DNA of 64,000 nt from Octopus sinensis (GCF_006345805.1 NC_043000.1:41726001-41790000); one strand, 5' to 3'; counted from the first letter of the stretch, positions 38,701-52,544 are shown. Notes: generated by a model not told the origin, from the sequence alone. Program-made: numbers and translations.

Positions 38701-38960
38701 CACAACTCAACTGATTCTTGATGAGAGAAGATTGGAACCATGTACTACATTATTTATCACCCCCGTTATGATGAAAAGAAAAGCTGATATTCAGAAGAAC
38801 TCAGAACAGAAAAAAAGTATAAAAGCTGCTGCACAAAATACAACAGACGTTCAAACGTCTCATGTAATCAACCACCTCGATAAATAACTTACGTAAGTAT
38901 AAAAAGTAAATTTAGAAAACTAGTCTGTTAAAAATAGGAAGCAATATTACCCTCAACCTA

Positions 38961-39173
38961 AGGCGGAGAGCTGGCAGAATCGTTAGCATGCATGGCAACT
39001 TGCTTAGCAGTATTTCTTCCGTCTTTACGCTATGAGTTCAAATGCCGCCGGGGTCGAATTTGCCTTTCATCCTTCTGGGGTCGATAAAATAAGTATCATT
39101 TGAACACTGGGGTCGACGTAATCGACTTATCCCCTCCCTCAAAATTGATGGCCTTGTGCCAAAATTTGAAACT
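38961..39173 (+). mobile_element. SINE family A (alternative tail)
   Basis: Same head and central block; tail GGCCTTGTGCCAAAATTTGAAAC. Confidence 0.85.
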
Positions 39174-39808
39174 AATATTAACCTATTAATCTCGACCCAT
39201 ACCTATATTTCCAAAGAGTGAAAATACCTTTATGTCTGCTCGCCCTGCGAGAAACAGCTGCAAAGTTTCCCCAAAATTATTGTGTAACTTTAGACAAAAG
39301 CTTAGTCATAGCCCCGGATCAACAAATGCCTTGTACATAAACAATGGACAACAACTTTGTGGAATCTCGTCGAATAGACCGTTTCTGTTTGGTTCGTAAT
39401 AGATTTAATCTGTCCCCTTTTCTGATATCTTCAATGGAGTCTACTCTATTGTAAGTAGGAAGACTTCCAGTTCGGGGACAGTTTTCTCCCTTCACACATC
39501 TGCTTTATGAGGCCCTGAAAAATAATATGAGAGCAACACACCCTGCTGTTTTCATATCACAAAATACACACATGCGCACTCACACACAAATTCACACGCA
39601 CTACAGCATTGTAGAATGTATTTATACATATTTATCAAAAAGGGTTGAGATGGTCACGCCATGAATGCTTTTCGTCAGAAGTTTGTTCGTGGTCTCACCA
39701 TACCGTCATCAAATATATATATATATAACTCTGGATATCCTTGTTATTTATTTTAGATTTAATCCCCTTATTATGAAATTGTATGGATAATACCGTACTA
39801 AATTCTGG

Positions 39809-40141
<333 letters not shown>

Positions 40142-40827
40142 GTACATATATTTATGTGTATGCGTGTATACACACATGCACACACGCATATATATATATA
40201 TACACACACACACTTACATACATACATCGATATAGAGGTACATGTATGTATATACGTTATGTACATATAAGTGTGTATGTATTTCGTATGGAAAAGGCAA
40301 AGGCACAGAAAAAAGCGCAACAGAAAGAAGTTCTTACAATAAAGACTAATATGAAAAGCAATAAAGCAATAAAGACTAATATTTAGGTCTTATATGTAAT
40401 TAGAAACACTTTCATTCTGTATTAATTATATTTCACATCTTAACTGTTCTTATTCTAATGAAGAGCATTCAACTGTTAACTATAGTAAACATAAACACAC
40501 ACACACGCGCGCGGACACGTGTACACAAATACACAGACACACACACACGCACACACACACACACACACACACACCACACACAGAGCAATAATAATACGTA
40601 TGTATGCTTGGATATGTACATTTATGTACATACATATTTATGATAATCTATTCTTTTCCTAAAATCTTTTTCATTCAATTAGGCTTTCATTTATTTATTA
40701 CTTTCACCTGTAACCTGTAAATACACACACGCGGTCACACACACATACATACTGTCATACGTATATGTATATGTGTGTGTGTGTATGTGCGTGCGTGTGT
40801 ATGTATACATACGTATATGTATATGTT

Positions 40828-40862
<35 letters not shown>

Positions 40863-41146
40863 TATTATATATATATATATGTATATTTATGTATCTACCT
40901 ATCTATCTATATATCTGTCAATCTATCCCTCTGCCTGTCTGTCTATCTATCTATACACACACACACATGCACATATATAACGAAGGTGGCTAGACGCAAA
41001 AAGGAAAATTCAATTGACTCTAATAGTGACTGAGGGTGCAGAGAAACACCTATTTTACTAGAAACAATAGTCAAAAACCCTTATAGCCACAAAAAGCACA
41101 GTTCATGTACTGACCGGGGACATAACCACCCCACAGCGAGCAAGGT

Positions 41147-41194
41147 ACTATACTAGCAAGCGAGTTTCGCTTAGAAGTAAAGCTCATCAGTAGT
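41147..41194 (-). ncRNA. Canonical type I hammerhead ribozyme motif
   Basis: ACTA CTGATGA GCTT TACTTCT AAGC GAAA CT CGCTTGCT AG T A TAGT: intact core, stems I (4 bp), II (4 bp) and III (3 bp), GUA triplet. Confidence 0.85.
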
Positions 41195-41308
41195 GATACT
41201 CCAAACACACCGAAACACACACACACACACACACAATACACACACACACATACTCACAAATATATTGATATAACCCAGAAACCATTGTACACAGGTATTG
41301 CTTTGAAC

Positions 41309-41506
41309 TGAGTGGGGACGCTAAACTCCTTGTTCGAAAATATAAGGATGCAGATAGTGTATCGTATAGCCAGCTGGAGACGAGGTTTACTAGGGTTAAA
41401 TAAGAGTAACAATCATCCTAATCATTTCTGCCACATTATGTTAGCAAATAATCTTTACTCCAGATTACAGTTACTGAATGTCTCAAGTACAAAGATTTAG
41501 AAGCAA

Positions 41507-41510
<4 letters not shown>
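41309..41510 (+). mobile_element. Collinear older homologue of the 17751-18026 element, ending in (TA)n
   Basis: Shared blocks TGAGTGGGGA..CCTTGTTCGA..TATAAGGA..AGCCAG.TGGA..CTAATCA..TGCCAC..TTTACTC. Confidence 0.6.
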
Positions 41511-41551
<41 letters not shown>

Positions 41552-41573
41552 TATATATATATGTGTGTGTGTG

Positions 41574-41631
<58 letters not shown>

Positions 41632-41635
<4 letters not shown>

Positions 41636-41883
41636 CATAGCCTTGTGGTTCGCGAAAAACCAGCAGTCACCCATGCATACCAGCTTCCCCTCTCCATGCC
41701 ACCGATGTTATCAAAGTAAAGGTAAAGGCCGATACAGCTCGGCACCAGTAACGTCGCAACTCATTTCTACAGCTGAGTGAACTGGAGAAACAAAGTGTCT
41801 TGCTCAAGAACACAACACACAGACTGGTCCAGGAATCGAACTCACAATATCACGACGCTCTAACCACCGAAACATGTGTCTTC
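41632..41883 (-). mobile_element. SINE family C
   Basis: Reverse complement of the 57290-57631 copy, partial. Confidence 0.8.
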
Positions 41884-41935
41884 GTGTGTGTGTGTATATA
41901 TATGTATAAAATTTAGAGGAATGACCACTAAAGTC

Positions 41936-41985
41936 GACACCCTATATGCTAAACATAGACGTCTATGTTTAGCATATAGGGTGTC
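41936..41985. repeat. Perfect 50-bp palindrome with no spacer
   Basis: GACACCCTATATGCTAAACATAGAC|GTCTATGTTTAGCATATAGGGTGTC. Confidence 0.95.
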
Positions 41986-42084
41986 CATATTTTAATCTTC
42001 GGATTTTTTAAATATGCTAAGCCACTGGTTTCAATTGATTAATATCAATTTCTACCCTTATTATTTAATACACACACACACACA

Positions 42085-42178
<94 letters not shown>

Positions 42179-43033
42179 GAAAGAAGGTTTGAAAATGCAT
42201 TTTTTTAAAAGATGTTTATTTACTTACCGGTTTCACTCTTTAGAAAAAGATTGTCAAAAGTAACATGTAAAAGTTTGGCTGTGTTAATTATTAGTTGTCA
42301 CAAAATGCCACAATACATATATACAGTCTTTGGTAGCAAGAACATGTTAAGGACATAAAAAAGTTTAACAAGTTCATTAAAATATTGGGCTCAAAAGATT
42401 ACAACATATATATATATACATTCTCAAGAAAATGTTAAAGATAGTTTCCAGAAGGAATTATCAAAAAGTTCAGTGGAATATTGGTATACACGCACAGAAT
42501 ATTATGAGTTCAAAAAAGTTTACATTATAGTAGTAGGGAAGCTCAAACTGACCTGTCCACCATGTTATCGTAAAAGACTATTTTCTATTTACATGGAGAA
42601 ATGCCAGCAACAGAAAGTGAGGAAGAGTTACAAGAAGAAACCTATAATATTTTAAAGGAAAGGGAAATTATTCTGTCCATGGATTATTGGTTATGTTTCT
42701 TTAACTGAAGAACAGTATTAATTTTAAGTGTTTACATCTAAAACATTATGCCTTGCGAGGGTTGTCGAATACGAAATGGCTAAATTACGTCAAACTTCTT
42801 CATTTAAAAGGGCGTAACCTAAATGCCTTAAGTCTGTTCTCACCATTTCCTTTAATTCTTTCTTGCTTATTCACAATTTCTGCACGAAGTATCGATGTCA
42901 TTTGAGTCTGAACGATTGTCTTATCTTGCAGAGTACGCTCATCCGATCATTGCAATATTCGAGCATATAGTTCTTGTATTTATTAGCTGATACATATATA
43001 CATACATACATACATACATGCATCCATACATGA

Positions 43034-43091
<58 letters not shown>

Positions 43092-43189
43092 GTGTATGTA
43101 TGTGTGTGTGTGTAAGTGTAACTATACATGTTTATATATCTTTCTGTTTTAAAGTTATTCCATTTCACCACTCCTTTCTATAAATACAA

Positions 43190-43480
43190 TAGAAAAAGAA
43201 AAGGCTGATAAATATGGAACTGAGATCCCTAAGATGTGTCAGCTGCGAGAGTCAAGCATAAAGGTTATCCCTATTGTCATCGGAGCATTGGGTTCAATAC
43301 GACGCAATCTGAAAAAAAAAAACATCTGAAAACTTTAGAAATACCCTACAATCTGGGTGCATTGCAAAAGTCAGCATTACTTGGAACTGCACGCAATATT
43401 GCGTAAAGTACTGTCTGTCTGAGGTCCTTGATGTGACTTGACAAATAGTACAAGGCCTTCAATACCTTCAATCAACAACT
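43190..43480 (+). mobile_element. R4/Dong-like 3' end, followed by (AAT)n at ~43509-43580
   Basis: IKVIPIVIGALGS..LQKSALLGTA..LRKVLSV then stop. Confidence 0.8.
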
Positions 43481-43507
43481 TCATGATATTGTATACTGTG
43501 TGACGTC

Positions 43508-43570
<63 letters not shown>

Positions 43571-43574
43571 TATA

Positions 43575-43776
43575 ATAATCCTTTCTACTATAGGCAGAAG
43601 GCTTGAAATTTGGGGGAGCGGGCTGGTCTATTACATCGACCCCATTAATTATCTGGTACATATTTTAGCGACCCGGAAAGAATGAAAGGCAAAGCTGACC
43701 TCGGCGGAATTTGAACTCAGAACCTAAAGACGGAAGAAATGCCGCTAACCATTTTGCCCAACGTGCTAACGATTCT
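43575..43776 (-). mobile_element. SINE family A
   Basis: GAAAGGCAAAGCTGACCTCGGCGGAATTTGAACTCAGAAC. Confidence 0.8.
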
Positions 43777-43786
43777 ATAAGATCAC

Positions 43787-43853
<67 letters not shown>

Positions 43854-44149
43854 ATGATAATAATCGTACTAACAAGATGTTCATCAGCAACAACAACGAT
43901 AATTATAAACTACATCATCAGCAACACCAAAACTACATTCTGCTCGATCTAATCAGTGTTGGTGACGATAATGGGAAGGTTAAAAAGAAATATCTTTAAA
44001 ATTAATGTTTGAATAAACAAAAGAAATAGATAAACAGATAACTACACTTTATATGCGGGGACAGAAACAAAAGAAAGAAGACTTTGTTAGAGCTAGATAT
44101 ATTTTAAGTCGGTCGATCGGCAGATTCATTGAAGCGACGGACGAATGCC

Positions 44150-44700
44150 ATGCGCTAATTGTTCCGGCTCACATCCAACAATACCCACACCTACGTATAA
44201 AACTCCATTCTTCCATAACTTACCGCACCCAAGCGTCATCCGCATGCAACACCTCACGCCAAACCTGAAATAATTCAACGAAACGAGATCTACAAAATAT
44301 CCATGAATGGAAAGCTCATGCCAAACTTGTACCACTCAACTGAGCAAAGATACAATCAGTACAATATCAGAAAATAATGTACTTTTTCATTAAAAATAAA
44401 CATCGCGCAAATGAAATTCTCAATATGTCAACTCATGCTCGCTACCGTCATCACGGAATCTTTTTCATGGTAAATGCACATCCATAGCATAGCGAAGACT
44501 GCATTATATTAACTGGTTCTCTTTGGAGCCAGAAGATATTTTAACCACCCTACAACACCAAAACACTAAACCCATTACAATCATGTGAGCCTCACAAAAA
44601 TCGTCTTGCTCCTTCGATTAAAGCTGTACTGTTGCTACAAACACAGCTATTCTAAAGCATAGCAATCTCACGCGAAAATAAAGCCACCCGACTGATAAGT
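44150..44700 (+). mobile_element. Heavily decayed LINE reverse-transcriptase remnant (CR1/L2/Jockey group)
   Basis: TSNNTHTYV*NS aligns with the YADD region; RDLQNIHEW..LVPLN*AKIQ follows. It resembles the 54.1-55.3 kb remnant. Confidence 0.5.
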
Positions 44701-44999
44701 ATGAATTCTGTGGATCACGAATGATCCGTTTCCTTTCTTTGTTTATATACAGACATTATAGTGACTATTGCTCTTCAACGTCAGCTGGTCTCATGACAAC
44801 ACTATCTATGTACTCCCGACTCAGTCGTATCCTCCCTTTTCTTGTGCCCATCTCTAAACCCTGCACTAAGTTCTACGTTCTGTACTCCGACCCCAAAGCC
44901 TCAATTCTGTAGAATACCTTCTCTGCCCATATTTTGTCCTGCAGCTGTCTAAGGGTAACTATTTAAGAGAATATTATCTATATTGCTCTCAGTAACCTC

Positions 45000-45740
45000 A
45001 GAGATCAAGTTCAAAGTCCTTTCCATCAGAATAATCGAATAATCGAATAAAACAAAATAGAATACATTAACCAAGTACTAAGGGAAGAAATTGCACACTG
45101 GCTGAGACGATGTAAAACTTTTGTAGAATTTGGGAGAAATGTTCAAGCAGGGTGACTAATCTCATTTGGAAGGATGCAAAAGTTGGCTGTATCTGGAATG
45201 CTACGCATTTGTGGTGAACGCCTACATCGTCTGACTGTCGGGCTTCACTTTTTACCAGATTAGAACATTTACAGTTTGGTTTCTAGTAAAAGAGATTGGT
45301 TTCACCGATCAGGTTTAACTTATAGCAACTCTAACGGGTAGGAGAGATGGAAATGCTATTGCTAGTGATGCTTAGGCATACGACAAGAAACAACGTCTGC
45401 TGTTTCTGAGGCAGTGAACTCGTGTGGTGGTCGTTTGCCAGTCACAGCTTCCCGTATCTGGCCTTTTAGTATCAGTACTATTTTACCGAGTTTCTCTCTT
45501 ACCATTCCTCTCAAAGATGGTGGTCTATTTCTTTCACCGATTAGCCGTTGTAATGAGATCCTTTCCCCTTCTATAACATTTTGGCTATTATTTCTCTCCT
45601 GCTGATTTATTGGACTCACAATTATTTCTTCTTTGATTTCTTACGCCCCTTCTAATTCTACATAACCATGTTCTTCATCGTCCATTGTTTCGGGAGGTTT
45701 CTGCCAGTTCAACTGGAATAGTCATTGTCTTTTCGGGTTT
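45000..45740 (-). mobile_element. R4/Dong-like ORF, N-terminal (pre-RT) fragment
   Basis: RPPSLRGMVREKL..ETADVV.. resembles the basic pre-RT region of this clade. Confidence 0.5.
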
Positions 45741-45841
45741 AGAAGTTTTGTTCTGTGACAGAGAAATATGTTTTTCTCAATCCATATTTTGTACATCCTT
45801 TTTCTGTATCCCATTTTGACAGGCTCGCATCTGTAATCATC

Positions 45842-46048
45842 TTTTCTATTCTAGACCCAAGGCCCGAAATTTGGTGGGAGGGGCCAGTCGATTACATCAA
45901 CCCCAGTACGCAACAGGTATTTAATTTATCGACTCCGAAAGGAGGAAAGGCAAAATCGACCTCATCAGAATTTAAACTCAGAACGTAAAGACAGACGAAA
46001 TACCGTTAAGCATCTCGCCCGGCGTGCTAATGTTTCTGCCAGCTCGCC
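45842..46048 (-). mobile_element. SINE family A with imperfect 15-bp TSD
   Basis: Family A core; CGCATCTGTAATCAT (45826-45840) versus CGCGTCTGTAATGAT (46055-46069). Confidence 0.85.
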
Positions 46049-46667
46049 ATTTTTCGCGTCTGTAATGATATTCAATCGCTGTCCTATTTTCGTTTTGGGA
46101 CCATTATCACCACGAGTTTGCAGCAGTAGTTGAATAACTACCAGACATATCTTACTCTATTGTAGGATACTTGCCGTGCGAAGGACCTTTATTTGGGGGT
46201 TCGGTCTCATACATGCAACAGTGATATACTGTTTATTTGACATTTCACCCATAAAAGAACTGTGTGTCAAGGTGTCAAAACCATTGATGTTTATATCCAT
46301 ATTCAGGAGGCTGTTAGCCAAATCTAAAGAGACCTTCCAACATTTGTGGTAGACCTAGATCCCAAAAGCGACCTCTGTCACTTTTGGACACATTGTCATT
46401 ATTCCTACTATCACGAACCGGTGATCCTCTTCAATTCATTTGTCCTCTCGGCAGAGTATTCAAATAGAAAACATCCTCCTCACACAGAACAAACAGACAA
46501 GCATACATACACACATACAAAAATATACACATACATACATACATGCATACATACATACATACATACATACATACATACATACAAACATACATACATACAT
46601 ACATACATACATACATACATACATACATACATACATACATACATACATACATACATACATACATACG

Positions 46668-47230
46668 AGATATCACCCACATCATAAGCAATTGTCCGAG
46701 ACTCATTACAGTATTATCTACCGATGAGACATGATGTTGTAGCTAGGACACTGTATAATGAGATTTGTTGGAAGGATAACCCCGAGGACAAAGAAATTAG
46801 AACCCATAGTATTGTGGAAGCCAAAGCCACTCATAATAAACAGGAGTACTGGTAGAATATCCTAGGGAAACCTCAATAAAATGTAAACACAGTAGACCTG
46901 ATATAATTATTTGGTATAGAGAAGAGAAACAGTGTACAGTTGTGAAAATTAGCTATTCAGCAGATGTTAACATAAAGCCGAAGTTCAGCGAAAAAGAGAA
47001 TACCTACGCTGAACTATTGAGAAATCTGTAGTTACTCTACACAGATTACAAATTCAGGTTTATACCTGTAATTATTGGGAGTACTGTTATATGTCACACA
47101 CTGCCTAAATACCAATCTTGAGAAATCATGTTTCTCAAAACTAGAAGGGAGAAAGCTGGAACTGTAAAGATTTGTAAAACTTTTCAGAATTTTATAATTT
47201 AAGTACATATGCATGAAAATGCGACGTCTG
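46668..47230 (+). mobile_element. 3' end of another restriction-like-endonuclease non-LTR element, directly after (CATA)n
   Basis: DITHIISNCP..RHDVVARTLY..KCKHSRPDIIIW..EKENTYAELL..FIPVIIG. Confidence 0.75.
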
Positions 47231-47354
47231 GTCAATAGGTATCCGGATTGTTGCTATGTAACGAAGCTAAAGCTTTCAGAGTGAAGCCGCTTAATAGAAA
47301 CTGACCTTGAACTTTGCTGTGCATGCGCAGTATGTTTTTACGTTCTAGCTCACT

Positions 47355-47642
47355 TCCGCTGTTTACAGTAGTGCTTGGAAGGAAGGTGTGTAGCGTGATC
47401 ATCGCATTGAGTATGGCAGAGAAAGCTGTCATGGTGATACCTGCTCAGAGGCCTTCGCAATGTTGCAGAAAACGTATGGAGAGGAGTGTACAGCAGGGTT
47501 CGCCACCACCCCTTGCCGGAGCCTAGTGGAGCTTTAGGTGTTTTCGTTCAATAAACACTCACAACGCCCGGTCTGGGAATCGAAATGCGATCCTACGACC
47601 GTGAATCCGTTGCCCTAACCACTGGGCCATTGCGCCTTCCCT
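47355..47642 (-). mobile_element. SINE, family C-related (different tail)
   Basis: ACAACGCCCGGTCTGGGAATCGAA..CCCTAACCACTGGGCCATTGCGCCTTC is a tRNA-like head in reverse. Confidence 0.75.
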
Positions 47643-47710
47643 CCACAGGAACGCACACATGCACATCTATATACATATATGTACACACACACACACACAC
47701 ACACACACAG

Positions 47711-47760
<50 letters not shown>

Positions 47761-47978
47761 ACCAGAATGGACGCAGTTTGAAAAATCCACCAGAATGGAC
47801 GAAAGCGCTAATATATGATATATGATATAAGTTATATGAAGTATAAAAACATGTAATATACAAATAAATATCTGTAAATATAAAACCATCCGAATTTCTT
47901 AGTACCGAATTTCTTCTAATATAAAATACCTGTACTTAAATCTTCAAACGTCCTAATATATATATATTATATATATAT

Positions 47979-48052
<74 letters not shown>

Positions 48053-48055
<3 letters not shown>

Positions 48056-48325
48056 TGTTGTTTTTAGGAATGGTCATTTTGCCGGTTTAGCCAATAAAAA
48101 CACACGCACTATATATTTGGTGTTACTTTGCTTCAGTGTTATTTATTTTTTGCATTAATCTTAATCTTATTTCGGCCAGAGTTCTTTCGTCACACTCCTC
48201 TGACCGCATCAGTGGTCCTTTGTTTTCTTCTTACTTATTTGTGTCTCTCCTTACTAACCGTCAGCCATTTTGTATTGTTTTTATTGGCTAAACTGGCAAA
48301 ATGAGCATTCCTAAATACAACAATA
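48053..48325 (-). mobile_element. Hammerhead-carrying element with 50-bp inverted terminal copy; hammerhead at ~48174-48217 has A9>C
   Basis: Arms 48053-48102 and 48276-48325 match at 47/50; the interior is homologous to 16240-16440. Confidence 0.7.
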
Positions 48326-48379
48326 TCTGTTTCAACACACGACGTCACATAAAAAATCTTGCACAACAAATATTTAAAC

Positions 48380-48434
<55 letters not shown>

Positions 48435-48533
48435 TAATCCAAACATGAAAACACAAAGAGAAAACACAACAACGCGAGGACGGGGAACAAGTATAGTATT
48501 ATTGGACGATAAGGAAAGAAGGAAAGAAGGAGG

Positions 48534-48568
48534 GTTTAACGTTTCGAGCGGAGCTCTTCGTCAGAAAC
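48534..48568 (-). ncRNA. Minimal type I hammerhead ribozyme motif, intact core
   Basis: GTTT CTGACGA A GAGC TCC GCTC GAAA CGT T AAAC: stem I GTTT:AAAC, stem II GAGC:GCTC, palindromic ACGT stem III, GUU triplet. Confidence 0.8.
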
Positions 48569-49182
48569 ATAGGAAAGGAAAGATCCAAAGAAGGAAAAAT
48601 AATCGCCAACGGTATACACGCGGTCACATTTTGAATGACCGGAAGGGAATATATATATATATGAAATCAATATAAACCACTACAAAAATGTGGAGCTATG
48701 ACATGTTAAATCCTTTTGATGTAACCAGTAACATGTTGCATATTCCTGATGAGACAAAAATTCCACTACGTTAAAAGATAGATTTGTAAGAAAATAAAAA
48801 TTCTCAGCATACGCTTTACTGAATATGGTTTATGTTCAATGAGGTGAGTAAGATAATTAAAAAAAAATGAGAAAGTTGTTGAAGCTTTGAAAATTCTGGT
48901 CCGATTTCGAAATAATTACTTTTGTAAAGAGAGATTCTCAACAATGACTAAAAAGACAAAAAAAAAAAAAAAGAAAAAAAAAAGAAAAGAAAAGTAAAAT
49001 CAAAGTAACATATCGGCTTCATACTTTGACGAGTATTGATGAGGAACTTTCTTTGCTCTCGCCAATAATTGAAAATTTGTACAAAGAAAAAAAGAAAAAC
49101 GAAAAAAAAAAACAGCTGGACTCTGCAGACTCTTGTTGACTGATATAAGATTATATTCTTCATAATATTCTTTAAGATACTA

Positions 49183-49356
49183 GGGCGGCGAGCTGGTAGA
49201 ATGCTTAGTAGCATTTCATCCCTCTTTACGTCCTGAATTCAAATTCCGCCGAGGTCCGGGGTTGATAATGCAAGTACCAGTTGAGCACTTGGGTCGATGT
49301 AATCAACTTAACCCTTCACCCAAAATTGTTGGCCTTATACCAAAATTTGAAACCAG
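49183..49356 (+). mobile_element. SINE family A (alternative tail) with ~13-bp TSD
   Basis: TATTCTT(T/C)AAGATA on both flanks. Confidence 0.85.
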
Positions 49357-49550
49357 TATTCTTCAAGATATTTCTTTGGTCTGCTACTAATTTATGAAAA
49401 CGTGTATTATTTTTTTTAACAAAGAAAAATATAATGTATTTATATATTCTTTCTTTCTGTGTGTATATGTATATATTCTTCCACATACATACATATAAAT
49501 GTATATACTCTTAAGACTCTAAGTTTCTTAGTAACGTTTACTGTTTGTAA

Positions 49551-49906
49551 GGCGGCGAGCTGGCAGAAACGTCAGCACACCGGGTGAAATGCGTAGCTGT
49601 ATTTCGTCTGCCTTTACGTTCTGAGTTCACATTCCGCCAAGGTCGACTTTGCCTTTCATCCTTTCGAGGTCGATAAATTAAGTACCAGTTACGCACTGGA
49701 GTCGATATAATCGACTTAATCCGTTTGACGTAATCTGTCCTTGTTTGTCCTCTCTGTGTTTAGCCCCTTGTGGGTAGTAAAGAAATAGGTATTTCGTCTG
49801 CCGTTACGTTCTGAGTACAAATTCCACCGAGGTCGACTTTGCCTTTCATCCTTTCGGGGTCGATAAGTTAAGTACCAATTGCGTACTGGGGTCGATCTAA
49901 TCGACT
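49551..49906 (+). mobile_element. Dimeric SINE family A (full monomer plus head-less second monomer)
   Basis: GTAAAGAAATA is followed directly by GGTATTTCGTCTGCCGTTACG and a second central block. Confidence 0.9.
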
Positions 49907-50125
49907 TGTTACAGAATTGGTAATTGATTGAGTAGAATATGTGTTCGGTGAATTGCTATTGATTGGGAAGATGGGATATATGTATTGAATTTTGTTACAG
50001 GTTTGGGAAGTAACGCTGTAGATTATGCATAATACTGTGCTTTCTTGTTCATTAAATAAGAAGTAGAATTTGCACATAACAGATATCATTAGTTAATTAC
50101 CTGTTAAATAAAATCTGTTATGTAC

Positions 50126-50436
50126 GAAGGCGCAATCTTGAGGTAGTGAGTTCGATTCCCGAACCGGCCTGTGTATTGTGTATTTGTGCAAGACACTTTA
50201 TTACCCATTGCTCCAGTTCACTCGGTTGTAGAAATGATTTTCAACGTCACCGTTACCAAGCTGTATCGGCCTTTGCCTTTGCCTTGGATAACATCGGTGA
50301 CGTGGAGCGGGGAGGTTGGTATGCATGGGCAACTGTTGGTCTTCCATAAAACAACCTTGCCCGAACTTGGGGCTCAGAGGAGAACGTTCTAGGTGCAATC
50401 CCATGGTCTTTGATGACCAAAGGGGTCTTTACCCTT
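50126..50436 (+). mobile_element. SINE family C
   Basis: GAGTTCGATTCCC..GCTCCAGTTCACTC..GGTCTTTACCCTTT. Confidence 0.85.
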
Positions 50437-51505
50437 TTTTTTTTTAACCTGCTGTAAGCGTTGATATGTTTTATTCAGATTTTCGTTAATATTCTTTTAT
50501 GCCATATTCAGTGCACATGTTTTCCAGTTTCTGTTCATCCATTTTTACTCAGAAAGCTTCGAGTTTGGCAGTGAAAGCACACACACACCCAAAATACTGT
50601 TGATATCGAAACAAGATCTGGTGAATACATAGTACGCTTTTTTACCATTCAGATATATTACGCCAATTTTAATACTTTAAATACAGATAAAATATCGCAC
50701 CAGTCAAATTCTAGAAGTAGTTTAATGGATTATACAAGAACTGAAACTTATGGCCATGAGCCTGTTTTAAATTTGTTATTACAAATTTTGGTAGCTTTTT
50801 TGTACCTAGGTGTTGATCTTATGCAGTTAAAATGAGGTTGTCTGTTTCTGGCTTCACATAGAGCTTTTGTTCCACTGTTGGCTTTCATATTGGCTCACTT
50901 TGTCTATATTCAGTCTTGCAGGATATTTACCATGGAGAGATGCTTTACTCAACATTTTATTCTTTAGTAATTGTTGACTTTTATTTAATTTCTTCCTTTG
51001 TGAGATTTTTTTTTTTTGCTTTTTATTTCACCTGTTGTTTTGTCACAGAAAATTATATAATGTCTTTCATTCAATGTATTTAACTTCTATATTGTTTCGT
51101 ATTGTTTCCTTATACTATAGAGAAGTGCTCCTTTTCTTTTCGATGTTGACTCGTTATATTAATCACTCTAGCGTTGCTTGCTTCTAAGTACGTTTTCAGA
51201 CCAACTGTGGTTACTTTGTGATACTTGTGTGTGTTGTGTCTGTCTTCATACATTTAAGTATGTTCTATATATCTTATCTATATCACCTTTAGAATGGAAC
51301 ATTGATTGCATCATGTACTTTTTTCTGTATAATCTGATATAAATTTCTATATTATACTGTATAGTATTTTGAATAATCAATAAAGAGGAAATGGCTTATG
51401 GTTTATGGTTTACCCGGAGCATTTATAAACTGAAGATCGTAAGTTTGGATGAATCTCTATCCTGGAGTGGGAATGAAAATAAGAGATTTCAGAAATTTTC
51501 TTGCC

Positions 51506-51790
51506 TGAGAGAGAGACAGGGAGAGAAAGAAAGAGAGAGAGACAGGGAGAGAGAGAAAGAGAGAGAGAGACAGGGAGAGAGAGAAAGAGAGAGAGAGACA
51601 GGGAGAAAGAGAAAGAGAGAGAGACAGGGACAGAGAGGAAGAGAGAGACAGGGAGAAAGAGAAAGAGAGAGAGATAGGAAGAGAGAGAGAAAGAGATAGC
51701 GAGACACGGAGAGAGAGAAAGAGAGAGACAGGGAGAGAGAACAAAGGAGGAGACAGACTGGCAGGCAGACAGAGGGAGAAGAAGGAAGGA
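51506..51790. repeat. Purine-rich GA/GAGACAGGGA compound repeat
   Basis: Direct inspection. Confidence 0.9.
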
Positions 51791-51929
51791 TATTGTTGGC
51801 ATAGAAACGTTAGGATTAAAGGGGAAAAAATGAGAAAGAAAAGCAGGACAGAAAACTCTGATCTATAAAATTAGAACTTTTACTGAAACAGTGAATAAGT
51901 GCAAAGAATGTAAAGCTCGAACAATTTAC

Positions 51930-52460
51930 ATAGAACAGACTATGAGAGCAATAAATTTTTTTAAAATCTGGTCTGAGTATATCGAGTGAAGGTTTTAAAC
52001 ATTTTTTAGCTAACCCAAGCGAAGATACAATCTTCTAGAGCGATTTGTGAGGAGAACTAGAAGATAAACATTGATTAAATCGATAATGGAATGCAGCCTG
52101 GACAAGCACTCAAGCATGAATCAAATTACTATCAGTGATCAGAATTTTAGTGTGCATGTTAAAATATCACTAAACTGGAAGACTCCAGGTCAGATGGCAT
52201 TCAGTGATTAAGCATTTTGACAGAATGTTGCACAAAATACGTTACCAAGCTGTTTCGTTAAAGGACAGCCCATTCTCAAGAAAAATAATCTACGGAAGAT
52301 CTTGTCGCCGGGAATTACGGGCCTATTACTTGTCTAAACTTTATCTGAAAGCTTCTGTCCGGAATATCTTCTAAGAAATGCCATTCTCAAACAACCAACA
52401 ACCTCCTTTCTTTACAATTCAAGGATTGCAGGTACAAAACAAAAACAAAGGATTATTATG
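51930..52460 (+). mobile_element. Decayed R4/Dong-like RT fragment
   Basis: NWKTPG, GNYGPITCLNFI*KLLSGIS. Confidence 0.65.
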
Positions 52461-52544
52461 CACACACACACACACACACACATATGTATGTATATATGAA
52501 TGCATGTATGTATGTATATATATATGTATATGTGTGTGTTTGTG

